Assembly (NCBI GenBank): GCA_963762115.1
Contig: CAVXJH010000003.1
Span: 512,001 to 576,000 of the forward strand
Origin: Candidatus Babeliales bacterium
Lineage (GTDB): Bacteria; Babelota; Babeliae; Babelales; JANWKD01
Length of the DNA stretch: 64,000 bases
Direction of reading: 5' to 3'
The position numbers and the translations under genes are program-made. Under the pieces are notes generated by a model. It made no database searches. It worked only from the letters and a program-made list of their open reading frames with translations, and had not been told where the DNA came from. Shown here piece by piece: positions 19,602-29,693 of this stretch (positions are counted from its first letter, which is position 1; each line of letters starts with the position of its first letter).

Positions 19602-20347
19602 CTATGACCTTACAGCAAAAACTTCTTTTTATTGTTAATAATCACAAAAAACAACTCTTTGGCGCTCTTATTTTTCTCATAAGCATCATACTGCTTAAAA
19701 TTTTTGGCATAACCGATTATTTTACCCTCGACTATCTACACACGAATATTGCCCATTTACATATGCTCATCCAAAATAACTATTTCAATGCCATTGCCGT
19801 TTATTTATTGTGCTACATCAGCGCTTCGGCATTATCCATTCCCGGATCAACCTTTTTTTTAACCGCATCTGGATTTTTATTTGGCACCATCATCGGCTTT
19901 TTTTTGGCGGTTATTGGCGCAACTACGGGCGGACTTATGCTTTTTTTTACTTCACGCTATATGATTGGCTCATGGGTTCAACGTTATTTTGGCCCACAAT
20001 TAACAAGATTTAATATAGAAATTGGCCATCATGGTTTTTATTATTTACTCATGATTCGCCTCATTGGCATACTACCCTTTTTTATCGTTAATTTGTTATC
20101 GGGGATTACCCTTATCCGACCATTCACTTTTGTATGGACAACCTGCATTGGCATGATGCCCTTTGCTTTAACCTATGCATTTATTGGTGCACAATTAGCA
20201 CAACTCGACACAATAACCTATACAGGATCACCTGCCATTATTGCAGCACTAATACTATTTTTTATTTTTAAGATAGTTCTCGTTCCCTTGTTTTATAAAA
20301 AAATAAAACAACGACGAGCACGCGTAAGAGCGAAAAAAGAAAGTTAG
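19598..20347 (+). CDS. TVP38/TMEM64 (DedA/VTT-domain) membrane protein, tandem paralogue
   Basis: IPG, GFLFG, RLIGILPFFIVN, GMMP; ATGA overlap with upstream gene. Confidence 0.85.
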   Translation: MTMTLQQKLLFIVNNHKKQLFGALIFLISIILLKIFGITDYFTLDYLHTNIAHLHMLIQNNYFNAIAVYLLCYISASALSIPGSTFFLTASGFLFGTIIGFFLAVIGATTGGLMLFFTSRYMIGSWVQRYFGPQLTRFNIEIGHHGFYYLLMIRLIGILPFFIVNLLSGITLIRPFTFVWTTCIGMMPFALTYAFIGAQLAQLDTITYTGSPAIIAALILFFIFKIVLVPLFYKKIKQRRARVRAKKES

Positions 20348-20348
20348 A

Positions 20349-20675
20349 TTATCGCTGCACTGGTAATTTGCCATATTCATACAAAATACAAAATATAAAA
20401 CCAATGCCTAATAGAGCAATACTCGCGCTAATAAGGTGACCAGCAAATCTTATTCTTTTATCACAAAATTCGGCAATCTGAACATTAGTAATTTTACCGT
20501 CAGAATCTTTTGTTGTTATTTGAAAAGAAGGATATTCGGCACAAGGAATACCCAAAAAATAATCGGTTTGAACCGGAGCTAATTTAATAATTTTTGTCGA
20601 TGTTACACGTGGAACAGCCTCAAAAAAACTGCACATTAAAATCAGAATGGCCAATAATAGCCTATTTATTTTCAT
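20349..20675 (-). CDS. Small exported protein with C-terminal TM helix
   Basis: RBS ggag, signal peptide, C-terminal hydrophobic helix. Confidence 0.6.
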   Translation of the reverse strand: MKINRLLLAILILMCSFFEAVPRVTSTKIIKLAPVQTDYFLGIPCAEYPSFQITTKDSDGKITNVQIAEFCDKRIRFAGHLISASIALLGIGFIFCILYEYGKLPVQR

Positions 20676-20921
20676 AATAACTCCATTTTACTGATAAGAT
20701 AACCTCAATATAACTATTTTATCAAAAATGGAAAAAATGACAATCAATATATGCTTATTTGTAAATAATAGGCAGAAAATGGTCACTTAACCCTGGTTAT
20801 TCATAAAATACAGGGTGTTTTATGCCTTAACCTATAAATGTGCTGCAAAACATTGTAAACTTACTATTAAGGCAAATTCGATAAAAACGTGCTGATAGCA
20901 AAAAAACGTAAAAAACAGAGG

Positions 20922-21336
20922 TGTCATTGCGAGCCAACATTGTTGGCGTGGCAACTCAGCCAATAAAATTCTATTAATGAGATCCCTATGAAACAACCCG
21001 CAGTGTACATTATAACAAATAAAAAAAATGGAGCTCTTTATACAGGAGTAACTTCTAGTCTACTGCAAAGAATTCATCAACATAAAAACAATATAATTGA
21101 AGGATTTACAAAACAACATGGTTGTAAATTACTTGTCTATTATGAGCTTTATGACAACATGTTAAAAGCAATTGAGCGTGAAAAACAAATAAAATCAGGA
21201 TCAAGAATAAAAAAATTAAAACTAATTGAATCAGCAAATCCTTGTTGGTTTGATTTGTTTGAGCAAATCAATAAAGAAAATTAATAGAATTTTATTGGCT
21301 GGGTTGCCACGCCAACAATGTTGGCTCGCAATGACA
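20922..21336 (+). mobile_element. REP-bracketed GIY-YIG cassette 1 (56-bp inverted repeats)
   Basis: 20922-20977 and 21281-21336 are inverted repeats with 55/56 identity; each contains the REP hairpin gccaacattgttggc. Confidence 0.8.
20988..21284 (+). CDS. Stand-alone GIY-YIG nuclease
   Basis: AVYIITN...LYTGVT...QRIHQH...LVYYE...AIEREKQIK. Confidence 0.92.
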   Translation: MKQPAVYIITNKKNGALYTGVTSSLLQRIHQHKNNIIEGFTKQHGCKLLVYYELYDNMLKAIEREKQIKSGSRIKKLKLIESANPCWFDLFEQINKEN

Positions 21337-21427
21337 TTTCCGACTATCTAAGTTACCGTTAAAATTGTTTATCACCTACATCGAGTTCGCATTATAACGT
21401 TATACACCAAATTCATTAGGTAAATTC

Positions 21428-22390
21428 ATGCAAAAAGAAAACATTAATAATAAAAATACGAATTTCCAACTCCTCAACACAAAAACAATTCTCGAGGTTA
21501 TTGGCAACACACCGTTAGTAAAAGTAGATTTTGGCACACCACCCACCATTTTGGCAAAATTAGAATACCTCAACCCTGGTGGCAGCATAAAAGATCGCGC
21601 AGCACTCTTTATGGTTGAAGAAGCTGAAAAAAAAGGCTTATTAAAACCTGGCGGCACCATTATCGAAGCATCTTCAGGCAATCAGGGCATTGCTGCTGCA
21701 ATGATTGGCGCTGCTAAAGGATATAAAGTCATTATCACAACCAACAAAAAATTTAGCCAAGAAAAAATAAATACCATCACCGCCTATGGCGCTGAGATTA
21801 TTATGTGTCCTTGCACTGAATTTGTAGAAGATCCACAAAGTTACCACAGTCAAGCAGTCACTCTGCACAAAAACACCCCTAATTCGTTCATGCTTAATCA
21901 ATATTATAATCTCGCCAATTCCCAAGGGCATTATCATTCACTCGGACCTGAAATATGGCAACAAACCCAAGGCGCAATAACTCATTTTTTTGCAGCTTCA
22001 GGAACCTGCGGCACCATCACTGGCGTCGGCAGATATTTAAAAGAACAAAATAATGCGGTAAAAGTCATTGCCGTTGATGCGGTGAATTCATATCGCAGCA
22101 CGCAAGGACACCCAAAACCTTACTCTTTAGAAGGCATTGGTGTCGATTTCGATGCACCGATTTTGAATGCTTATCAATCATGTATTGATGAATTTTTTTG
22201 CGTTTCAGATGATCAAGGCCTTGCAATGTTAAAAAATATGGCCCGAAATCATGCCATTTTAGGTGGGCCAAGCAGTGGCGCCGTCGCCCACGCTGCTTAT
22301 GAATATTCAAAAACCCTTTCTCCCCATGATATTGTTGTGATGATTATTGGCGATTCAGGACGAGCCTATTTGAGCAAAAATTATTATTAA
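21428..22390 (+). CDS. cysK: PLP-dependent cysteine synthase / cystathionine beta-synthase family
   Basis: IGNTPLV, KLEYLNPGGSIKDR, EASSGNQG, GTCGT, GPSSG, DSGRAYL. Confidence 0.85.
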   Translation: MQKENINNKNTNFQLLNTKTILEVIGNTPLVKVDFGTPPTILAKLEYLNPGGSIKDRAALFMVEEAEKKGLLKPGGTIIEASSGNQGIAAAMIGAAKGYKVIITTNKKFSQEKINTITAYGAEIIMCPCTEFVEDPQSYHSQAVTLHKNTPNSFMLNQYYNLANSQGHYHSLGPEIWQQTQGAITHFFAASGTCGTITGVGRYLKEQNNAVKVIAVDAVNSYRSTQGHPKPYSLEGIGVDFDAPILNAYQSCIDEFFCVSDDQGLAMLKNMARNHAILGGPSSGAVAHAAYEYSKTLSPHDIVVMIIGDSGRAYLSKNYY

Positions 22391-22636
22391 AATATTCATA
22401 TTTTACTACATAATGATCTCATAAATGGAGGTCTTTCTTAAAAATATTCCCCTTCAAAAAAAGCCTGATTTCTATGGGTGTTATTCCCTTTTAATGTTAG
22501 TTTTTTATTTTATTTCTATATTTAATTTTTAAAAATATTATTAATAATATTGCAAATTGAATTTTATATATGCTATCTTATTAGTAACAATAGCGTTGAA
22601 GATAGAGTAAAAACCAAATACTAAAAGGGGAATCCT

Positions 22637-23071
22637 ATGAAAAAACAGTTATTATTTCTTGCACTTGTTGCCGGAATAGTTACTTCATCAGTTCAAGCAA
22701 TGAGCAGCGTCGAAAAAATTGATGCAGCAGAACAAAAATTTATGAGTCAATTTAGAGAACTACAACATGAAACCATAAATAAATTACAAAAGCTCTTTAA
22801 CGACAACAAGAATTATAAATTTAATATCGATAGAGAATGGAGCCAAATACAATCAAATCTTCAAACATACGCTGGTAAAGGTTCACTCGGTGTTCCTGCA
22901 AGGATGGGAATACTCGCAGAAAAAATTTATAACATTTTAAAAGAACCTTATAAGCAAATAATGAATGCACAAGCAACGGGAAATGTAGAACAAACAATGA
23001 GAAGCCAAAATGCTTATAATTTGACCGACCGCGCTTTAGTATTGGCTCACTTATACTATGATAAAAAATAA
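22637..23071 (+). CDS. Small secreted hypothetical protein
   Basis: RBS agggg, signal peptide SVQA-MS; terminator near 23097-23128. Confidence 0.75.
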   Translation: MKKQLLFLALVAGIVTSSVQAMSSVEKIDAAEQKFMSQFRELQHETINKLQKLFNDNKNYKFNIDREWSQIQSNLQTYAGKGSLGVPARMGILAEKIYNILKEPYKQIMNAQATGNVEQTMRSQNAYNLTDRALVLAHLYYDKK

Positions 23072-23181
23072 AACTAGATTTATACGCTAAAAATAAAAAA
23101 CCCATTGCCCTCAAAAGCAGTGGGTTTTTTTATAAAAAGGAACAGCGTACCTTGTGCACTTTAAAAAAACAACAGTAAAAA

Positions 23182-24225
23182 TTAAAGTTCTTTATAAGAA
23201 GATTCAAGAATACGCGCACTTTTGCTTGATGCAGAATCAAAAAAAAGCTTTTGTCCCAACGGCGGCACATGCAAATGAGCATGATTAAGTTTATCACTAT
23301 TCAACTGCCACCAAGCATGTAACTGTTCAATCGGTGTATGAACTGCATCAAGGCCAAAATGAAACGTACCCCAATGCATAGGAATAAAATGCTTTGCCCC
23401 TAACGTTAAAAACGCTTCTCCTGCCTCTTGAGCATTAATATGAGAATGCTGCATCCACTTTCTTGGTTCACAAGGACCAACGGGCAATAATGCGATATCA
23501 ATAGAAGGGAATACTTTTGCAATATGCTCAAAATGATGCCAATTGGCTGTATCACCGCCAAAATAAAGGCGATAGCCCTTATATTCTATGAGCCAACTAC
23601 CCCATAATGATCGATTTCTATCAAACAATGAACGTTGTGACCAATGGTAAGCGGGTAAAAAATAAAAACGAATTATTTCATCAGATTGCCCAACACCGGC
23701 AATTTCTTGCCACCATTCAGCTTCATGTACTTTGTCAAAAGCACGTTTTTGGAACCATTTTTTATCACCTTTTGGCACAAGCACGCGAGGCTGCTGAACA
23801 CGCATATGCAATAAACTCTTGCTATCCATATGATCGCGATGATTATGAGAAAGCAACACATAATCTATAACCCCAAGATCAGACAACGAAATGCCTGGAG
23901 GAGCAATACGACGAAACAAAAGAGAGGCATCACCAAAAATAGGATCCGTGATTAACGTTATTGTGCCAAGCTTTATTAAAAAAGTTGAATGCCCAATCCA
24001 CGTAATTTCTATGTCACCTGAAGAAAAAAGTGGCCCTTTTTGGGTTTGCGGCACTAAAAAACTGCTTTTTTGCGCAAAAAAACGCCTTTTGGCCCACGAT
24101 TTCGTAAACATCAACAATGAATGAAGAAATACGCCTCTTGATTTTTCATGTTCAAGATTATAATAACGATTATTTTTTTTATAGGGAGTAAGAAAATGAG
24201 CATGAGCTTTGGATGAAATTACCAT
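23182..24225 (-). CDS. MBL-fold hydrolase, NAPE-PLD/RomA-like
   Basis: WIGHST, TDP, SHNHRDHMD, HWSQR, GDT, PMHWGTF. Confidence 0.9.
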   Translation of the reverse strand: MVISSKAHAHFLTPYKKNNRYYNLEHEKSRGVFLHSLLMFTKSWAKRRFFAQKSSFLVPQTQKGPLFSSGDIEITWIGHSTFLIKLGTITLITDPIFGDASLLFRRIAPPGISLSDLGVIDYVLLSHNHRDHMDSKSLLHMRVQQPRVLVPKGDKKWFQKRAFDKVHEAEWWQEIAGVGQSDEIIRFYFLPAYHWSQRSLFDRNRSLWGSWLIEYKGYRLYFGGDTANWHHFEHIAKVFPSIDIALLPVGPCEPRKWMQHSHINAQEAGEAFLTLGAKHFIPMHWGTFHFGLDAVHTPIEQLHAWWQLNSDKLNHAHLHVPPLGQKLFFDSASSKSARILESSYKEL

Positions 24226-24439
24226 TGCCGTTTCCAAAAAGAAACCCCCATCCAGACGCGAAGTCAAGGACAGGGGAAATGGAGGTTATCTATTTAAAAT
24301 TGTGCTTAAAACACTTAGTTAATGTACACTGAGTTTTAATAAAAAGCAAATTATTTATTGATATTATTCTCTTTTTTTGAATTCATCAAGTCAATAACAT
24401 AGCTTACATATCTAATTTTAATTACAAATGGCTAATTTG

Positions 24440-25561
24440 TCAATAGATTTTGTCAGAATATTTAATATTTCTCAAATAAATATTTTCATACCCATTTTTC
24501 ATAGCTTCCAGGGAAAGATCATTTTTTACCGTTTTATAGGCATTTTTACCCAATAAAAGAGCATTTTGCCTATCAAACATGAGTGATTTTAGGGCATCTT
24601 TTAAAGCTTTTGCATCCCCGGAAGGCACCAATAAACCATTCACCCCCTGTTGTATCACCTCATGGGTCATTTTTTCATGGGTAGAAACACAAGGAAGAGA
24701 AAAACTCATTGCCTCTAAAAGAGCAACTGATATGCCCTCTTTATATGATGAAAGAGCAAAACAATCAAAAAGAGGATAATAACCATATGATTGTTGACCA
24801 ATAATAAAAATAATTTTATGAGCTACACCCAATCTTGAGGCCAAAGCGCGCAAATGCTGTTCTTCAGGGCCAGAACCAAGAAGAACAAGTCGTGCATGCT
24901 CACTCTCACGAGCAAGGAGCGCAAAAGCTTCTAGCAAAAGACCATAATTTTTTAAAGCCACAAAGCGCCCAACAGATCCAATGACAAAATGATTTTCTTC
25001 TAATCCCAGACTCTCACGACTTTTAACGCAAAGCATACCGCGCTCTTTAATGCCCTGAGCAGGTACGCCATTTTTTATGGTGGTAATGGTGCCAATAGGC
25101 ACGTTATGATGTTCAACTAATGAAGACGCAACGCCATTGGAAACAGCAACCAACTCAGTGGCCATCCATTGTGAATAACGATCAAGCATGCCACGCATCA
25201 TGCCATCTTGATCAACATTATTATGAAAACTATTCAAAACAGGAATGCCAAGTAATTTTCCGATAATTCGTCCTGCTATGTTGGCCGACCAAAGCCAGGT
25301 ATGCAGCAACGAAGGCTTTAATGTTTTTATGCATGTGTATAACCGAAAGAAAAAAATAGGATCATATAAACACAAAGCCCCTTTAATAGGAAACAAAGGA
25401 ATTTTTAACTGCCGTAATCGCTCAACATTGGGTCCTTCATGAAAATAGATCACGGTAACATCATACTTTTCACGATCAACAGATGCTAAAAAATCACACA
25501 GAAGCGATTCAGCGCCACCCATTTTTAAACTCGTAATAAGATGCACTATCAACATTTTCAT
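24440..25561 (-). CDS. GT4 glycosyltransferase
   Basis: GGAE, VGRFVALKN, EGISVALLEAM. Confidence 0.9.
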   Translation of the reverse strand: MKMLIVHLITSLKMGGAESLLCDFLASVDREKYDVTVIYFHEGPNVERLRQLKIPLFPIKGALCLYDPIFFFRLYTCIKTLKPSLLHTWLWSANIAGRIIGKLLGIPVLNSFHNNVDQDGMMRGMLDRYSQWMATELVAVSNGVASSLVEHHNVPIGTITTIKNGVPAQGIKERGMLCVKSRESLGLEENHFVIGSVGRFVALKNYGLLLEAFALLARESEHARLVLLGSGPEEQHLRALASRLGVAHKIIFIIGQQSYGYYPLFDCFALSSYKEGISVALLEAMSFSLPCVSTHEKMTHEVIQQGVNGLLVPSGDAKALKDALKSLMFDRQNALLLGKNAYKTVKNDLSLEAMKNGYENIYLRNIKYSDKIY

Positions 25562-27138
25562 TATGCATGCCCTTTAAGCAACGCTTCCTGTTCTTTTTTT
25601 AATCTTTTTTTATCAACTTTGCCAAGTGCGGTCATAGGCAAATCAGGAAGACAAATAATATGACGGGGAATTTTATACGGTGCTAAATGTTGCTTGCATA
25701 ATGCCTTGAGTGCTTTTTCACAATCAGGGTTATTCTCTCGAACGGCAACAAAAGCAATAGGGATTTCTCCTGTTAATTCATCTTCTTTGCCAATCACACC
25801 AGCCTTAAAAACTGCCGGATGTGACATCAATACGTTCTCAATTTCAGGTGGATAAATATTAAATCCTTTATGAATAATAAGATCTTTAAAGCGACCTGAA
25901 ATAACCAAATTTCCACGTGTATCAAAATAAGCAAAATCGCCGGTATCCAACCAACCATCAACAAGCACTTGAGCGGTATGTTCTGGCGCATTATAATAGC
26001 CAAGCATAACATTATCACCCTTCACCCATAAGATGCCTATCTTTCCCTTTTGGACTTCTTTTCCCGTTGTTTCATCGCGCAAAGAAATGTGAACACCAAT
26101 TGCAGGCTTACCAATAGTATTGGTTGCTTGTACAATATCATCAACATCGCCGGCAATAAACGGTGAGCTTTCAGTCAATCCGTACCCATTACACATTTTT
26201 CGACGATAAATAAGTTCAAAACCAGCACGAATTTTATCAGGAAGTGCATCACCACCACAAATAACATACCGCACCGTTGAAAAATCTAAATGTTTCATCA
26301 TGCACAATAAACCATATAATGTTGGCACGCCCAGCATAATCGTTGGCGCATGACGAAATCCATCAAGAATCCATTTACGCTCAATTTTAGGCACAACAAT
26401 AACACTCGCACCAAGAAACATACTACTCCACACACATGAATTTTGTGCAAAACTATGGAATAACGGCAATATGCCAAATATGCGATCTTCATGACTTATT
26501 TCAATCGTCGCAGTAATTTGCGCAACATTCGTGAGCAGATTTCTTGAACTCAACATAACCCCTTTAGGCAATCCTGTGGTGCCAGAAGTGTATAATAATG
26601 CCGCCATCAGATCAGGATCAATCAGCGGTATTTCATATTCTTTTAATGGCGCTTCAGAAAACTCTTCAACATTTTTTAATACCGGTTCAATAAACACGAG
26701 CGGCAGCACCATACCATTGTGCTCCAATGCCGAAAGCTTATGAGAAAATTCTTCTGAAACCACGAGTGCAACAGGTTGTGAATCATTAATAACATGTGCC
26801 AATTCTTTTTCAGTAATAAAAGTATTCAATGGCGCTACAACAGCACCAGTCTGCCAAATACCAAAATACGCACTATAATATTCAATTGAATTTTCAAAAA
26901 GCAAACATACTCTATCATGCGGCTTAATTCCTTTTTCAAGCAAATCACGCGTTACTCGCAATGAATGATGATACAATTGTAAAAAAGTAATGCTCACATC
27001 CTTGCAAATTAATGCTGTTGCATGCGGAAATCGCTTTGCAGCACGTTGTAATAAGCACCCTGCAAAAATCATACGGTTATTTTCATGCATTGCTTTATAA
27101 TAATTATTAAAGCGTTCTTCCCGTGTTATTGTCGCCAT
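25561..27138 (-). CDS. fadD: Long-chain fatty acid-CoA ligase (AMP-binding enzyme)
   Basis: YTSGTTGLPKG, GYGLTE, TGD, GRFKD, GK. Confidence 0.88.
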   Translation of the reverse strand: MATITREERFNNYYKAMHENNRMIFAGCLLQRAAKRFPHATALICKDVSITFLQLYHHSLRVTRDLLEKGIKPHDRVCLLFENSIEYYSAYFGIWQTGAVVAPLNTFITEKELAHVINDSQPVALVVSEEFSHKLSALEHNGMVLPLVFIEPVLKNVEEFSEAPLKEYEIPLIDPDLMAALLYTSGTTGLPKGVMLSSRNLLTNVAQITATIEISHEDRIFGILPLFHSFAQNSCVWSSMFLGASVIVVPKIERKWILDGFRHAPTIMLGVPTLYGLLCMMKHLDFSTVRYVICGGDALPDKIRAGFELIYRRKMCNGYGLTESSPFIAGDVDDIVQATNTIGKPAIGVHISLRDETTGKEVQKGKIGILWVKGDNVMLGYYNAPEHTAQVLVDGWLDTGDFAYFDTRGNLVISGRFKDLIIHKGFNIYPPEIENVLMSHPAVFKAGVIGKEDELTGEIPIAFVAVRENNPDCEKALKALCKQHLAPYKIPRHIICLPDLPMTALGKVDKKRLKKEQEALLKGHA

Positions 27139-27222
27139 ACAAATACCTTTTTTTATATCTATAAAAACCTGAATTTTCTCAAAAATATAATAATATTGTG
27201 CAATGTAAATGATAGACTAGAA

Positions 27223-27334
27223 CGTCATTCTGAGGCAACTTGTTGCCGTAGGAATCCAGTCAATAAAGTTACTTCCTTAAGTAATTACATAATAAATTCT
27301 GGATTACTACGTCGCTACGCTCCTCATAATGACA
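27223..27334. repeat. Gene-less inverted doublet of CGTC/TGTC REPs (REPIN-like)
   Basis: cgtcattctgaggcaacttgttgccgtaggaatccag (27223-27259) faces the minus-strand copy tgtcattatgaggagcgtagcgacgtagtaatccag (27299-27334). Confidence 0.8.
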
Positions 27335-27464
27335 CTAAGGCATGCACACGCCACTTTTGCTAATGTATATTCATTTACATGCATCTATATCTTGCTATAC
27401 TAATACATACTAAAAATAATAGTTATATTTTTATTTTCTTAGCATACAATCAAAATAAATAATT

Positions 27465-28121
27465 ATGAAATTAACAAAAAGCGGCATGCTCATTGCGTGC
27501 GAAGGCATTGATGGATCTGGCAAATCAACGCTCGCAAAGGCATTATTCGCCCATTTTTCTGCTCAGCATATTCCCGTACTTTTAACAAAAGAACCGGGAG
27601 GAACTTTATTTGGCATGCAATTACGCAGTATCTTACAAGATCCTATGGTGAAACGATGCTCAAAAGCAGAATTTTTATTATTCGCCGCTGATCGCGCACA
27701 ACATTTTCAAGAAGTTATTATGCCGGCACTTGCTAGCGGAACACTCATTATTTCTGATAGACTTGCCGATTCTTCTTTGGTGTATCAAGGATTTGGTCGT
27801 GGACTTGATCATGCAATGATTGAACAGATCAACATGTGGGCAATGAATAATCATAAAGCTGATATCACCATCTATCTTCGCGTTACTGCGCAAACAGCTT
27901 TTGATCGTATTACGCAAAGAAATGAAAAAGCAACAGCGTTCGAACAAGAAAGCAAAGATTTTTTTAATCGACTCATTAACGGATTTGATACACTCTATGC
28001 AAATCGTTCTGATGTTCTTATTATCGATGGCGCCACAACACAAGAAGAAATTGCTCAAGAAACGAGTATGAAACTTACACACATGATAGCAAAAAAGCTC
28101 AAGGAACATGCACATGATTAA
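27465..28121 (+). CDS. tmk: Thymidylate kinase
   Basis: EGIDGSGKST, KEPGG, LFAADRAQH, DR...SSLVYQG. Confidence 0.95.
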   Translation: MKLTKSGMLIACEGIDGSGKSTLAKALFAHFSAQHIPVLLTKEPGGTLFGMQLRSILQDPMVKRCSKAEFLLFAADRAQHFQEVIMPALASGTLIISDRLADSSLVYQGFGRGLDHAMIEQINMWAMNNHKADITIYLRVTAQTAFDRITQRNEKATAFEQESKDFFNRLINGFDTLYANRSDVLIIDGATTQEEIAQETSMKLTHMIAKKLKEHAHD

Positions 28122-28839
28122 TGCTATCCCTCCTGCTCAACTATGGATTGGCAACGCAAGCACCTTACAAAAACAGGCAAAACAGTATTTGCAACAGCAC
28201 TTGTGTACCTTACATGCCTGCACCATATGCGCTCACTGTAAAAACATAGAACAAAAGCAACATGCATCATTGTTATGGCTAACACCAGAAAAAAACTACA
28301 CGCTTGAATTACTTGAACCAATAAAACGCGTTGTTGCTTTTTGCTTAGAAGATGATCAAAAGTATTTTATCATTATTGAACATGCTCACCTTTTGTCTCC
28401 CGCGTGTGCCAATAGTTTATTAAAAGTGCTTGAAGAACCGCCGCGCGGCTATCATTTTATTTTGCTCTCGCAGTCGCTTGATGCGCTATTACCCACAATT
28501 CAATCACGCTGTTTTATTGCAACTATTGCAACACACAGCAGTGACACTTTTACCCATGATATTGTTTATGCACTTACGGCACAAAAATTACCAACTGCTT
28601 TTGATTTTTTACAAATACTCGAAAAAACAGCACCAGATGACGTGACTTCGATAACGCTTGTTGAACAAATTTTGGCATATTGGCTCGAACAGTATAAAAT
28701 GAGTGTTGTAGAGAATAATAATGAGCAACAAAAAAAAGCTTCTTTAATGATTGGTGTTTTGCAAAAAGGATTGTTGCAACCACCCATGCCGGGAAGCAGT
28801 AAGATATTTTGGAAAAATGTTTTTTTACACTGTGTATAA
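28114..28839 (+). CDS. holB: DNA polymerase III delta' subunit
   Basis: Cys cluster, ANSLLKVLEEPP, LLPTIQSRC; follows tmk. Confidence 0.88.
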   Translation: MINAIPPAQLWIGNASTLQKQAKQYLQQHLCTLHACTICAHCKNIEQKQHASLLWLTPEKNYTLELLEPIKRVVAFCLEDDQKYFIIIEHAHLLSPACANSLLKVLEEPPRGYHFILLSQSLDALLPTIQSRCFIATIATHSSDTFTHDIVYALTAQKLPTAFDFLQILEKTAPDDVTSITLVEQILAYWLEQYKMSVVENNNEQQKKASLMIGVLQKGLLQPPMPGSSKIFWKNVFLHCV

Positions 28840-28862
28840 ACTTTTTATGTTAGGGAATTTTC

Positions 28863-29600
28863 ATGAATAAAAAATATTTTGTTTTAACTTTTGTGATGAT
28901 CTGTTCTACTGGAATTGTGCAAACAAGTTTTGGCATGGAGGGCGAAAGGGAAAAAAAAGACGCTACCATGCATGAGAATGGAACATTTTACACAGATAAT
29001 GATGACGATACAACGCCAATAGAAAAACCAATGACATCGTTTGATAAAATAAGTTTGCGTATGCATGTATTAAATAATAATTTTGAAGAAATCTTTAAAA
29101 GACAAGATCAAGAAAAAACTACTCTTGGTATAATTCAAGCATCTGCTCTACGTGGAGTTTCAAATGGTATAGCAACTGTTGTTTCTCATTATTTTGTAAA
29201 GACAATTGATAAGGGCGTTGGTTATCTTTTTCCCTCAAAAGAAGATCTTCTGGTTCAAGAACATACTAAAAATGCAGAGAAAGCTAATTTACTTTTTGAA
29301 AAAATGCAATTGCATGCGGGATTGCTACAATTAAAAAAACAACAATTGGATGCTACAAATGATCCGAGAAAGAAAGCAATATTACAAGAAGAATATCTTC
29401 GATTCAAAAAAGCAGAAAAAATATTAAAAAAAGAACTCAAAAATTGGGAAGAAGCTTATCTTAATTCAATTTTGCAACACAAAAAACATAAAGCAAAACA
29501 ATCAAAAACAATTTTCAACAATCAAAATGGTGAACTCACAAAAGTCCAAGAGCAAAATAATAATTTTGATTCTGAATTAACAATTCATGAACAAGAATAA
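28863..29600 (+). CDS. Secreted hypothetical protein
   Basis: Signal peptide TSFG-ME. Confidence 0.7.
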   Translation: MNKKYFVLTFVMICSTGIVQTSFGMEGEREKKDATMHENGTFYTDNDDDTTPIEKPMTSFDKISLRMHVLNNNFEEIFKRQDQEKTTLGIIQASALRGVSNGIATVVSHYFVKTIDKGVGYLFPSKEDLLVQEHTKNAEKANLLFEKMQLHAGLLQLKKQQLDATNDPRKKAILQEEYLRFKKAEKILKKELKNWEEAYLNSILQHKKHKAKQSKTIFNNQNGELTKVQEQNNNFDSELTIHEQE

Positions 29601-29625
29601 AATAGAAGTATAAAAAATAATAAAA

Positions 29626-29665
29626 AACCAGAGAGATCATCAAATAAACAGTGATCTCTCTGGTT
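29626..29665. terminator. Bidirectional terminator between convergent genes
   Basis: aaaccagagagatca...tgatctctctggttt. Confidence 0.7.
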
Positions 29666-29693
29666 TAAAGATTATAAAAAAATATCCGCCATA

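Noticed and set aside
20915..21345. Target-site duplication around the GIY-YIG cassettes
   Set aside because: No direct repeat is visible at the flanks, so classical DDE transposition is unsupported.
27085..27363. 92-aa ORF
   Set aside because: Spans the REP doublet and is antisense to the fadD start.
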